Of a stretch of DNA of 64,000 nt, positions 12,579-24,400 are shown piece after piece. The number at the start of each line of letters is the position of its first letter. Position 1 is the stretch's first letter. A program made the translations under genes and the position numbers. The notes under the pieces were generated by a model. It saw only the letters and a program-made list of their open reading frames with translations. It did not search any database and was not told the DNA's origin. This stretch comes from Camelus ferus (taxonomy: Eukaryota): positions 57,042,001-57,106,000 of the forward strand of contig NC_045697.1 of assembly GCF_009834535.1 (NCBI RefSeq). The letters run 5' to 3'.

Positions 12579-13645
12579 GAAATTGGTACCAAGAAGTGGG
12601 GTGCTGCTGTAACAAATATCCCCAAATCTGGAAGCAGCTTTGGAACTGGAAAGTGGGTAGAGGCTCTAAGAGTATTACTGAAGCGTATGCTAGAAAAATC
12701 TGATATTGCGGTGAAAGGAGTTTGAAAGGCAATTCTGGTTAAGACTCAAAGAAGAACTCTAGAGAATGCTTCCATTTTCCTAGAGAATATATAAATAATT
12801 GAACCCAGAATGGTGGTAGAAATATGGTTTTTAAGAGAGATTTTGCTGAGGTCTCAGATAGAAATGAGGAGCATGTTATTGAAAACTAGAAGACAGGCAA
12901 TACTTTCTGTAACGTGGTAAAATAAATAAATAAATAAATAAACTTAGCTGAAATATGTCCCTGTTCTAGTGTTTTGTGGAAGGTGGAACTTGTGAGAAAT
13001 GAAATTGGGTATTCAGCTGAAGAGATTTCTAAGCCAAGTGTTGAAGGAGCAGTGGGCATGGTTCCTCCTGTCTGCTTATAGTAAAATATGAGAAAAGAGA
13101 CATAACTTTAAGACAGAATTGTTAAGCAAAAAGGAACTAGAACATAAATTCAGAAATCCTCAGCCTGTCCATATTGCAAAACATGAAAGAACGTTCAGAA
13201 GAGAACATTAAGAATATGAGCAAGCAACTATTTGATAAAAATTAGTATGGGTGTACACAAGGAACTTTAATCAGCATCCCAGCAGGAAAACTGCCAGTTT
13301 GAATGAATGGAAAGGAAATCAGAAGGAATGAAGGAAGGTTGTCAGACATTTTGGATTTTACAGGACAGGACTATAGAGCTGTTTGGCTTGTAAAGGTGAT
13401 CTATTCTTGTGCACAAGGGAAGAATGACCTCTAAAGGCAATTCAGAGATCATCAGGACTGGGCTCCTTGCTACAAAAGAGGGAGTCATTTGCCTTGCTTT
13501 CAGTAAACCAAACGATCTTGCCTCAAGCCACTGGGGGAGGTCTACCCCTGCCTGGGAACAGGACACCTACCCAGCAGAGTTACAGGGGTAAAACCACAGC
13601 CCTAGTGGGCCTAAAGGGCAAAAACGGAGCCAAAGAGGATTTTTA
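12579..13645 (+). mobile_element. MLT1A internal region, 3'-truncated, no 3' LTR seen
   Basis: Begins directly after the LTR with the MaLR-int start 'gaaattggtaccaagaagtggggtgctgctgtaacaaata'. It also contains 'gaggtctcagatagaaatgagga' and 'gaagagatttctaagccaagtgttgaagg'. Confidence 0.85.
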
Positions 13646-15379
13646 TGCTGCACTAAATATATTCTAAGTCACACAAGTAAGTTCATTTAATCCTTAAATT
13701 TAATCAGTTATATAAATATATATATATATTTTTTTCTATTTTCTAAAGCCTCAGATTCCTGTACAGAGTAGGGCTTTGTTTAAAACCAGTTATACCTGCC
13801 TATTTTTATTTGGATAGAAATGAATACTGTTATTCAGATATGCAAGTTGTTTTATTGGATTTTAAGAAAAAAATTATTTCCACTTTTACAGTGGTGTACA
13901 ATTATGTTAATTTTCTTGGGAAAAATCACCTTATTTAATTTAAAAACTAAAAATGAGAATAAAATTAAAATGAGAATAGATGACATCTGTAAAATTTCTT
14001 TTTAAAATATAATCATGAAACATCATTTTACCAAGAACATATTTGTTTCAAGATGAAGAACACTTCACAGAGACATGCATATTTCAGAGCCAACATTTTC
14101 CATAATTAGTTTTCATGTGTTATATTTCATACAAATGCATGTTACTGGATTAGTTGCTCAATAGATTAAATTTACTCATGCAAACTGGAATTTAAACAAA
14201 AGCAAGTGTTGCTTCTTAATGGAACACTATGAGCCTATTTCTGTAATAAGCTTTACAGACATGTAAATCTTATCTGCTTTTTCAATTCACATTCTACACT
14301 CTATCAAACTTGCCTGCTACTAAAACGCTCTAAAGAACTACAAATTTTGAATTGGTTCTAAATTTGAGGTACTTTGAATATTCAGATTTTTTAAAGACAG
14401 TTTTAAATTTCATGGCATTTCTGTTGAAGCATCAGGGTCACTCAAACATTGTAATTACTAATGGAAAAAACCCCCACCATATTACATAATGATTAATTTC
14501 ATTAACAATCCTTGAAGACACTGAAAGATCCAAATAGAGTGCATGGACATTTCTCATTCAGCAGATTTTGTAGACAGGCATTGACATTGCAGAAAATCTT
14601 AATATACAGCCTTTTGAAGCTCTGTTCAGCTTTATGTTTAAGACTTTAAGGACAAAGTAACACTTGATATGATTGAGTTATTCCAGAACGAGTCTTGTAC
14701 AATACTAACAGAGACAACAATTATTAATTTCTACATTATGTTAATGTTCTAAATCTAGACAACTTAACTGCAATATTAGTTCCCATCTTTTCACCTCTGA
14801 GAAGTGCTGTGAACATAGCCATGAGGAGTTAAAAGGGTCCACACCCAACCTCTGGGACATATAGTAGGTAATGAGTCAGAGGAAAATAGCCAATTTGATA
14901 ATGCCAAAGGAAAAGCAGTGTCCTCATAGTAGAGACAAAGGTAAAATGGGTAGAGGGATCATGTAGAGAAGAGAGGATATGAGGGGATGCTTGGATGAAT
15001 GTGAATGACAAAGCAGTCATATTTAGCAAGGATATAAGTTAATCAGAAATTTTTGAGAGAAGGGGTTGGGTGAGGACACAATAGAAGAAATTTGGGGGTT
15101 TATAATCCAAGATTTTGTAGGCCAACATTATGGATTAACTATGGAAGTGTCACTTATGTGGGAGATGTAGATTGTATCATATAGAGATCTCAGAACTGGT
15201 GGCCATCCCGCAAATCCTGAAGACAATTATCTAATTTTTAAAACGCAGTGATTTATTTTGAAATAAATCTCCCTAATGAGTGTTTGTTAACATAATAAGC
15301 TCTTGTCTGGCTAGTATATGCATTACTCCATGGTCTGCAATATCCTGCTTTTTTGTGGTAGAATTACAGAGGACTGCTG

Positions 15380-16460
15380 TTCTGTGGATATCTATTAAAT
15401 CTCTCTGTAGGAGTGAATTCAACAGTATATAAAACAAAGCAGGAATTTAAGAGAGTGGTTGTAACAGATATAAAATATTCTGGGTGTGGAAGAAAAGGAA
15501 ATATGCAGTTTCATGTGGTGAACTGTTAGGTTGACAATGGAATGCTTGCAGGATAAAGAATTAAATATCCTTATAGCAGAGAAAAACCAAAACTATATAC
15601 ATATAGAGAGAGAAAGAGTGTATCTCCTCTGTCATTTTAGTCAAAAGAGTGAGAAATCAGAAAGAAATAGAGTCTTAATATGAAGAACTTTAAATAGAAT
15701 AAAAAGTGAGTTTTTTTACTGGAGGTTTTGAAGCAGAAGAGGGAAATAAACTATTATAAAGAGCCGTGTGATTGTGGTAATAACCGAGTTATAGAACTAA
15801 AAAACAGGAGGCACAGAGAACAGGTGGGAGGCAGGTAAAACTCCAAGAATGGGAGCAGTATTACTGAAGGTGAGAAACATTGCGTGATATTAGCTTTTAC
15901 TAGTATTAGTGACCAAGGCTTAGTAATAGTATTTAGTGACCAAAGTTATGGGGAATAAATAAGGGTTTGTTATTTTGGTCTGAGTACAAGTAAGAAGTTA
16001 ACAAATTATGAAAGGTAACATAGGAAAACACAGAAGAAAGCTTATTTTAGAGGAAAGATGAGGTTCATATTCATACCCTTATTCTAGAGATGTCAGAATT
16101 TGACAGGGATAGTATTAAAAAGAAAGATAGGTGTAAAAAGTTATATAAATAGGTAAGCAAGTTAAGAATACACATTTGGGAATGATCTTCTCAATGATGA
16201 TAAGTGAGATGGGAAAACAGAAATACAAACACTGCACATTGGAGGAAACTAATTTTTATAGGGAGTCAATTTTTAGGAAAATAATAAACTTAATTAGATA
16301 ATGAGTAATAAAAATGATTAGATGTCAATGTTCTTGGAAGAAACAGGTAAAATAGCAATTTGTAAAATAATAATAATAATAATAGTAATAATTTTTTTTA
16401 GTGTTCTGACAAAAATCCTGAAAATTCAGGTGGTATATATTTTGAAAAGAATTCTTTAGC
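15380..16460 (-). mobile_element. Highly degraded L2-like sequence
   Basis: Purine-rich stretch with antisense-L2-like motifs ('ggaggttttgaagcaga', 'catttgggaatgatc'). Confidence 0.35.
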
Positions 16461-18174
16461 ATTTAAAAATATATTAGAAGTATCTGTTCTATATTCAAAC
16501 TATATATAATCTCTTTGGAGACATGTATTTGTGAAACAGATGTGACAGCAGATGGTAGTAAACAATGCATTTTTTTTTTATAACTGATTAACAACTTTTG
16601 CCAAATGCCAGTAGTAATAAAGAAATCCACTTTATCTTGGACTACAAGGAATTAAATATTCAGTGATAATAAAGGCAACTATTTTAGTTTACCTTAATAT
16701 CACTTATCTCTGAGTGGTGATAAATAGTAGAAACTTGATACAAACTTAGCTCTACTTTTACATTGACTTTTTTTTAAACTAAGTAAGGCAGTTATTGTAT
16801 TTCATGAAGGCAAAATAAATCTTTAATCAATTTTGTCGTGTCCTGATTATTTTCAACACAAGATGACAGATAGAGAGAAAAGAAGTAAAATCTGTCCAGC
16901 ATAAGGTGAAATTTATTGCTGTAATTTTACAGAAGAGTCCCTTTGATGTCATAAACTGCAAGAAAAAAGCATGAAGTTTATTAAAAAAACGTAATAGTGA
17001 GATAAGATTGCAGCCTTTATAGTGTTCCACATTTTATATTGGATAATTCATTCTTGCCCCACTGTAGAAAATAGTAAATTGATTTTGATTTCATATGTAG
17101 TTGTCCCATTAATTTTCAAGGCATAACCTTATGAAGATCGAAGTAGTAGAGTTTGCTGACGTCAGCTTTACAACTGAGAGTTCATCACTCCCTAAAGCAA
17201 AAAATTTTTTAAAATGTAGTATCAAAAAACACATCTGCAAGTCCAGCTATTGTCAAAGAGCTGTGACATACAAAATATCTATATGGTATTGATGTATCCA
17301 TTTCACTAAAAAATGTTAACAAAATAGCTTAAAACTCAGGAAATGAGAGCCATGTGTTTAATGATATTATTAGCTTTATAGCTTATCAGCTGTAGAGCTT
17401 TTTTTTTAAATTGAAGGGAGGTTTCATTTTTTTCCACCATAACAGTAGTATGTTTTCACTAGTTCTGTGCCAGAGATGTCTATTGACAAAAGCTAATTTG
17501 AAGGAATTAGTTGAGATTCAAATGATTAACTAAATCATTTATTTTATAATAAAATCAAATTTGGTTTGGATGTTTTTGTTTGGGTCAGAAAATGGACCTA
17601 ATGTTTATGAAATGGAGTAATAGTCAAGACATTGTGCCATTAAAATAGATCAATATACATAATACTGAAAAAATAGCATTAATGTATTAAATCTGTAGTA
17701 AGGGGCATGTGTCATTATAGAGTGCAGATAGTGTTAGTTTTATCTCCTCATATTTTAATCTAAACTTACACTTGAGGGAAAGTAGACTGTACTTAACATT
17801 TCAATCATTTATTATACCATCTCACATAAAGTCTAAGAAATACTCAGTCTCCACGGCTCATTAAAATGATTTTGTATTCCATTTGAATTTTTATTTATTA
17901 TTATCTAAGAATCACAAAGATTCAAACCATGTATGAATATTTAAATGGGAAAACAATTTTAAAATATACTTACCATCTCAATGAGGGAAAGCAGTTTTGA
18001 AAAAATTACCTAATATTTGAGTTTTGTTCATGACAGAGGTAAACCTGGTATAAACCTACTATAAAACCAAAGACCTTGGCCAAACATTCATCTGCTGTTG
18101 GGCTTAACTTGCTTAATATTAAGGCAACTATTTGAATGCATTTCTTTTTAAAGCATAAAACCCCACTTAAAATA

Positions 18175-18420
18175 TGAATGCCATACTATTCACTCAGTCA
18201 CCAAAATCTGCATGCAATCCTTGACTCTGACACTCTACCCTAGTCAATAACTAGTCACTTTTACTCTAATTCCTGAATATTCTGGAATATATTTACAATT
18301 TTCCATCTTTATTGGTATTTTCCTAAGACAGACCACTATCATCTGGTACATGGATTATTACAGCAGCCTCTTTTGTCTCTTCTCCATCTGTGCTCTAATT
18401 CATTCTCCACATAATTAAAA
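18175..18420 (+). mobile_element. L2 LINE fragment
   Basis: 'cactcagtcaccaaaatctg...atccttgactc...ccactatcatctggtacatggattattacagcagcctc...attctccaca' resembles sense-strand L2. Confidence 0.65.
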
Positions 18421-18429
18421 TACAAAATA

Positions 18430-20500
18430 AGTATTTTAATAAATGATTTTCAGAACATTTTCATGTTTACAGAAAATTTCTGAAGATAGTACAGATTCCC
18501 CATATATCTCTCACACAGTTTGCACTAGCATGGACATCTTATATTTGATAAGTTTTTTCTCTTGATTAGATTGGATTGTGTGGTTTTGGTGGAAGACCAC
18601 AGAGATAAAGTGCGGTTTTCATCACAACCTATCAAGGGTGAATACTATCAACTGTCTCCTCACATTAAAGAATGTATTAGAAACCAAGATCTGAATGATA
18701 AGTATGCTCCTTGCTACTGGGTATCAGTGCTTCTAAGCACTCTCAGCTGAAAGAGGAAGGGAATATGTGTCTGTTATCAACCTGTGTATGTCTACATATC
18801 TATAAATACTTCTATATATAACCATTTGTATCTGTATTAAGCTAAACATGAGTTCATGTTGATGTCTCCAACTCTATAATCTACTACCATGTGGAAGATA
18901 ATCCTAGACTTCTCCCTTTGCTTATTTATAAATTCCCACTCCAGGAATGAGAAATCTGGCTTTCACCATCTGCCATCTTTTTACTTAATTGTTTAATTGT
19001 AGTATGCATGTATAGCAGCATCAGAATTGCTAACCTGTACCTAGAGACAAAAAGTTTATTAACCATAGTACAATGCTTCTGTGTAATTCTTTTTGTATTT
19101 AGTCTTTCAGACTTGACTCATTTCCAAAGTTTCTTAGATCAAGTACCTTTTCCCATCCTCTTCAGGGAGGTTGTTTTACACATGTGTAATAGAGTTAAAA
19201 CTTTTTTTTTGGACACATGCTGACTTCCATCTGGCATTCCCTGAACTTCACAATGATTTTTTAAAAGAGATATTACAGCAGTCTTAAGTTCACAGAAAAA
19301 CTGAGAAAAAGAGTTCCCACACACCCTTTGCCCTCACACATGCACAACCACCCTCACTATCAACATCAGCACCAGAATTATACATGTGTTTCAATGGATA
19401 AACCTACACTGACAGATAACTATCACTTAAAGTTCATAGTTTACATTAGGGTTCTTACACATCTATGTGTTTGACAAATGCATAATGGCATATATCCATC
19501 ATAGTATCATACAGAATAGTTTCACTGCCCTAAAAATCCTATGTGGTTGCCTATTCATCTCCCTTTCCCACCAAATATGGGAAATCACTGATTTTTTTTT
19601 TATTGTCTCCGTGGTTTTCCCTTTTCCAGAATGTCATATAGTTGAGATCATACAGTATATAGCCTTTTCAGATTTTACTTAGTCATATATATTTAAGGTT
19701 TCTCCATGTCTTTTCATACCTTGATAGCTAATTTCTTTAGTACTGAATAATACTCAGTTGTTTGGATACAGCACATTTGTTTGTCTATTCACTTATAGAA
19801 AGACATTTAGATTACCTCCAAGTTTTGGCAGCTATGAACAACTGTTTTCAGATTTTTGTGTGGACATGAGTTTAACTCATTTAAGCAAATATCAAGAAGT
19901 GCAACTGCAGGATCTTATGGCAAGAATATGTTGTTTTTGTAAGAAATTGCCAAACTATCTTGCTAAATGGCTGTACTATTTTGCATTCTTCAATGATTTT
20001 TTTAAAATTTATATTTATTAGGATTCACTCTGTGTTGTAAAGTTCTAAGGGTATTACCGTAGCATAGTGTCATATATCCATGTTGAATTATTATGCACAA
20101 TAACACAGAATACTTTCAATGCATTATAGATTCCCAGTGTTTCATCTACTCAAATCCCCCATCCACAACCCTTAGCAATCACTGATTGTTTTATGCTTCC
20201 TGCAGTGTTGGCTTTTCCAGAATATCATATAAATGGAATCATAGACGATACTACATTATACAATGCTAAATAAAAAGACCATATCTTTTACTTAGCAATA
20301 TGCATTAAAGACTCATTGAAGTATTTGATTGCTTGATAGTGCTTTCCCTTTAATTGTTGAATGGTATCCCATTGTATGGATGTGCTACCATTTCTTTAAC
20401 TAGCCACATATTTTAGTGGGCCTTGACTGCTTAATTTTTGGTGATTGTTAATAAAGCTGCTATAAACCTATGCATGTAAATTTGTAAGTGTTTTTTGTGT
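18430..20500 (-). mobile_element. Antisense L1 3' end (L1MD/L1MC-type), split by a nested L1MC1-like piece
   Basis: Contains 'tttacagaaaatttctgaagatagtacagattccc', 'gaaaccaagatctg' and 'ctaaacatgagttcatgttgatgtctccaactct'. It resumes after 19991 with 'ttttccagaatatcatataaatggaatcata'. Confidence 0.8.
19262..19990 (-). mobile_element. Nested antisense L1MC1-like 3' fragment
   Basis: Flanked by duplicated 'caatgatttttt(t)aaaa' at 19251-19266 and 19991-20007. Body includes 'gataaacctacactgacagataactatcacttaaagttcatagtttacattagggttc'. Confidence 0.75.
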
Positions 20501-20607
20501 AAACAAAATGTAAAACTGTAAATGGTAAAACACACCAACAAAAGACAAATACTGGCAGAGTGGACTTTTTTAAATGACAAGAAACTCTTTATAAGAAACT
20601 TATCTTA

Positions 20608-21481
20608 TGATGGACATTTAGGCTGTTTCCATGTCTTGGCTATTGTAAATAGCACTTCTATGAACATTGGGATGTAGGTGTCATTTTGAAGTAGGGTTCC
20701 TTCTATATGCCCAGGAGTGAGATTCCTAGGTCATATGGTAAGTCTATTCCTAGGTCATATGGTAAGTCTATTCCTAGGTCATATGGTAAGTCTATTCCTA
20801 GTCTTTTGAAGAATCTCCATACTGTTTTCCACAGAGGCTGCACCAAACTGCATTCCCACCAGCAGTGTAGGAGGATTCCCTTTTCTCCACAGCCTCTCCA
20901 GCATTTGTCATTTGTGGACTTTTGAATGATGGCCATCCTGACTGGTGTGAGGTGATACCTCATCATAGTTTTGATTTGCACTTCTCTGATAATTAGTGAT
21001 AGATGACTGGATAAAGAAGATGTGGTATATTTACACAATGGAATATTATTCAGCCATAAAAACTGACAACATAACGCCATTTGCAGCAACATGGATGTTA
21101 CTGGAGAATGTCATTCTAAGTGAAGTAAGCCAGAAAGAGAAAGAAAAATATCATATGAGATTGCTCATATGCGGAATCTAAAAACAAACAAAAACAGAAA
21201 TACAAAACAGAAACAGACTCATAGAAATAGAATACAAACTTGTGGTTGCCAGGGGGATGGGGGGTGGGAAGGGACTGGGATTTCAAAATGTAGAATAAAC
21301 AAGATTGTTCTGTGTAGCACAGGGAAATATATACAGCATCTTGTGGTGGCTCAAAGCAAAAGAGAATGTGACAATCAATGTATGTATGTTCATGTATAAC
21401 TGAACATGTATTGTGCTCTACACTGGAATTTGACACAACATTGTAAAATGACTATAACGCAATAAAAAATGTTTAAAAAAA
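20608..21481 (+). mobile_element. Young 5'-inverted (twin-primed) L1, camelid-like 3' end
   Basis: TSD aagaaacttatctta (20593-20607) / aagaaaattatctta (21482-21496). 20608-21000 is antisense ORF2 C-terminus ([17 protein letters not shown]...[15 protein letters not shown]). 21001-21481 is sense ([20 protein letters not shown]) with 3' UTR and poly(A). Confidence 0.95.
20722..20801. repeat. Perfect 24-bp tandem repeat, 3.3 copies (attcctaggtcatatggtaagtct)
   Basis: Units start at 20722, 20746 and 20770, followed by a partial 'attcctag'. It appears as (LGIDLPYD)3 in the ORF track. Confidence 0.97.
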
Positions 21482-24400
21482 AAGAAAATTATCTTAAATT
21501 CAATTAACACAGGTAAGTTCAAAGTAAAAGAATGGAAAAATGATTATTAACCATGCAAACGTTAATTAATCTTATATTAACATAAACCACATAGATTAGA
21601 CTACAGAGTAAAGAAAATGACTAGAGACAAACAGGGACATTTCATAGTGATAAAAAGACCATTCTACTAGAAAAATATAATAATCCTAAATGTGTATGCT
21701 CCCAACAACAGATCCTCAAAATTCATTAACAAAATTTAGAGATGAAAGGAAAAATAATGAGATTCTCAATTAGTATTGAGGATTTCATCACTTTCCTCTC
21801 AGCAACTGATAAAATTACTAGACAGAAGAAAAATCAGCAACAATATATAAAGCTCTAAATCCAACCCAACAACAGGATCTAAATCATAGCCATAAAATAA
21901 ACGTATTTTAAAGAATGAAATTCAGAGTATGCTCTGATCATAAGAGATCAAACATAAAATATCAGAGAGACAAAAGGAAAATCTCAAAACACTTGGAAAT
22001 CATAGTAACACACTTCTAGATGATATATAGGTAAAAGAGTTTCAAAGAAAGAATACAGAATTGAAAGAAAACAAATAAAATATCTAAAATACGTAGGATG
22101 CTTCTGAAGTGTTACTGAGAAGAAATTTATAGCACAAAATACTTAAATTAGGACAAAGGAAGAGTCTCATATAAATAACCAAAGTTCCTACACTCCAGAA
22201 ATGAGAAAAGCAAAATCAAAATGAAACCAAAGCACACAAGTAAGAAAGAAGATAAGAACAGAATTTAATTGAAAATAGTTAAACAATAGAGAACATCAAC
22301 GAAACAAAAAGCTAGTTCATCAAAAAATAATCCAATAAAATTAATAAAACTCTAACAAGAGAGTCAAAAATAAAAAGGGAGAACAAATCACCAATATCAG
22401 AAATGAAAGTAAATATATCACTAAAGATGCTGTAGCCATTAAAAAATAATATAACACCACAAAAAACTTTGCACTCAAATTTAATAACTTAGAAGATACA
22501 GATCAATTCCTCAAATTCCACATTAAGTAAATCAGAGCCAGGATAAAATAGATAATCTCAAGTCCTAATATCATTAAATAACTTGATTTTATAATTTAAA
22601 ATCCAATCACTGGATAATTCTAACCTTTGAAGATTTTACACAAATTTTGTACTATATCTTTCAGAAAATAGGAAAGGAGGAAATACCTTCCAACTCATTA
22701 TATGAGGTCAGCATTACCCTGATACTGAAACCAGGTAAAGATTTTTTAAAAAGAAACTAAAATTTAATATTCCACATAAACATAAACTCAAAAATCCTCA
22801 AGAAATATAGTAGCGCATTGAACCAGAAATGTATTAAATTATACATCACCAACTAGAATTTATTTCAGATATGCAAGGATAGTTCAACATTTGGAAATGT
22901 ACACGTGCAATACATCATTTCAACAGGCTAAAGGAGAAACATCAAGTAAACATATTAATTGATGCCAAAAAAAATTGACAAAATTTGGCACTTTTATGAT
23001 AAAAGTATTCAGAAAATTATAGGCAGAGGTAAACATCCTCAACTTGTTAAGGAACTTCCACAACGCTGCAACAGCTAATATTACCTCAAATCTTGAATAG
23101 CCAAATGCTATCTGCTCAAAAACATCACAAAAATTTCTGATCCCACCACTTTCATTCAATACAGTACTGAAAGCCCTAGCCAATGTAGTAAGACAAGAAA
23201 AAAAATCCAAACAAACAGAAGGAAAGAAATATTTTTAAGTATTGATTTTTTTAATTTTAATTATATTTTATATAATATTTATCTAATATATTACAATACG
23301 TAGGTGTAATACATGTTATATATGTATTTATATAAAATAAGATTTTATTTATTTAATAATTAAACAACACTATTCCTAATTACAATAGACATGATTGTCT
23401 ATATTGGCAAAATTCAATGCATCTACGTTAAAGTCCTTAGGAGTAGTAAGCTGAGTTCAGAAAGACTGCAGAATGCAAGATAACATGTAGTACAGAAAGC
23501 AATTGTATTTTTAGATACTACAATGGAACATGGACATTGAAGGTGAAAATGCTTTACCACTCAAATAAATAAGAACTTACGTGTAAATCCAACATGTATG
23601 TGACTTGTATACTCCAAACCACAAACCAATGATTAAATAAATCAAAGAAGATCTAAAGATATAAACAGACATTTTGTGTTCATGGATTGGGGTACTCAAC
23701 ATTACAAACATCTGATTCTTCTCAAAAGAATATATGGCTAAACCTGTAGCTTAATACCTAGATCAAATTCCTATCAACCCCAGCTATATGTTTTATAAAT
23801 ATAGACAAGATTATTCTAAAATTTGTATAGAAATATAAAGGTATTACAATAGCTCAAATATTTTGAAAAACAAGACTAAAGTGGGAAGAATCAACAATTA
23901 AGACTGTGGTGTTGACATAGGGATAGACACATGTATCAGTGGAACAGTAATGAAAAATCTCCAAATGGATTCACATAGCTATTCCCAACTGAAATTTGAC
24001 ACAGGTGCAAAATAATTTAATGATGGAAGGGTATCCTTTTAAACAAATGATTCTGTAGCATTTAATAAATACAAGCATCAGCTAAACTCATACCTTATAC
24101 AAAAATTAACTCAATATAGTTCAATGAAAAATGCAAAACAGTAAAACTTTTAGAATATAGGGGAGAATCTCTTTGTTCTAAAGTTAGGAAAAGAGTTCCT
24201 AGATGTGACATCAAAATTAAAATCCATACATGATTGATAAATTTGATCTGATCAAAACTAGAAACTTTCACTCTGCCAAAAAGCCTGTGAAAAAATGAAA
24301 AGATTAAGTACAGATTGCGAGAAAATGATTGCCAATCACATCTGACAAATTGTAATATCTAGTCTATATAAATAACTCAATATTAAAAACAATCACCCCA

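Noticed and set aside
20722..20801. CRISPR-like or other spaced repeat array
   Set aside because: The units are contiguous with no spacers, in a mammalian L1 context.
20703..21092. 129-aa ORF with a CCHC-like motif and LGIDLPYD repeats
   Set aside because: It is an L1 ORF2 C-terminal fragment read across the inversion junction, and the repeat comes from the 24-bp triplication.
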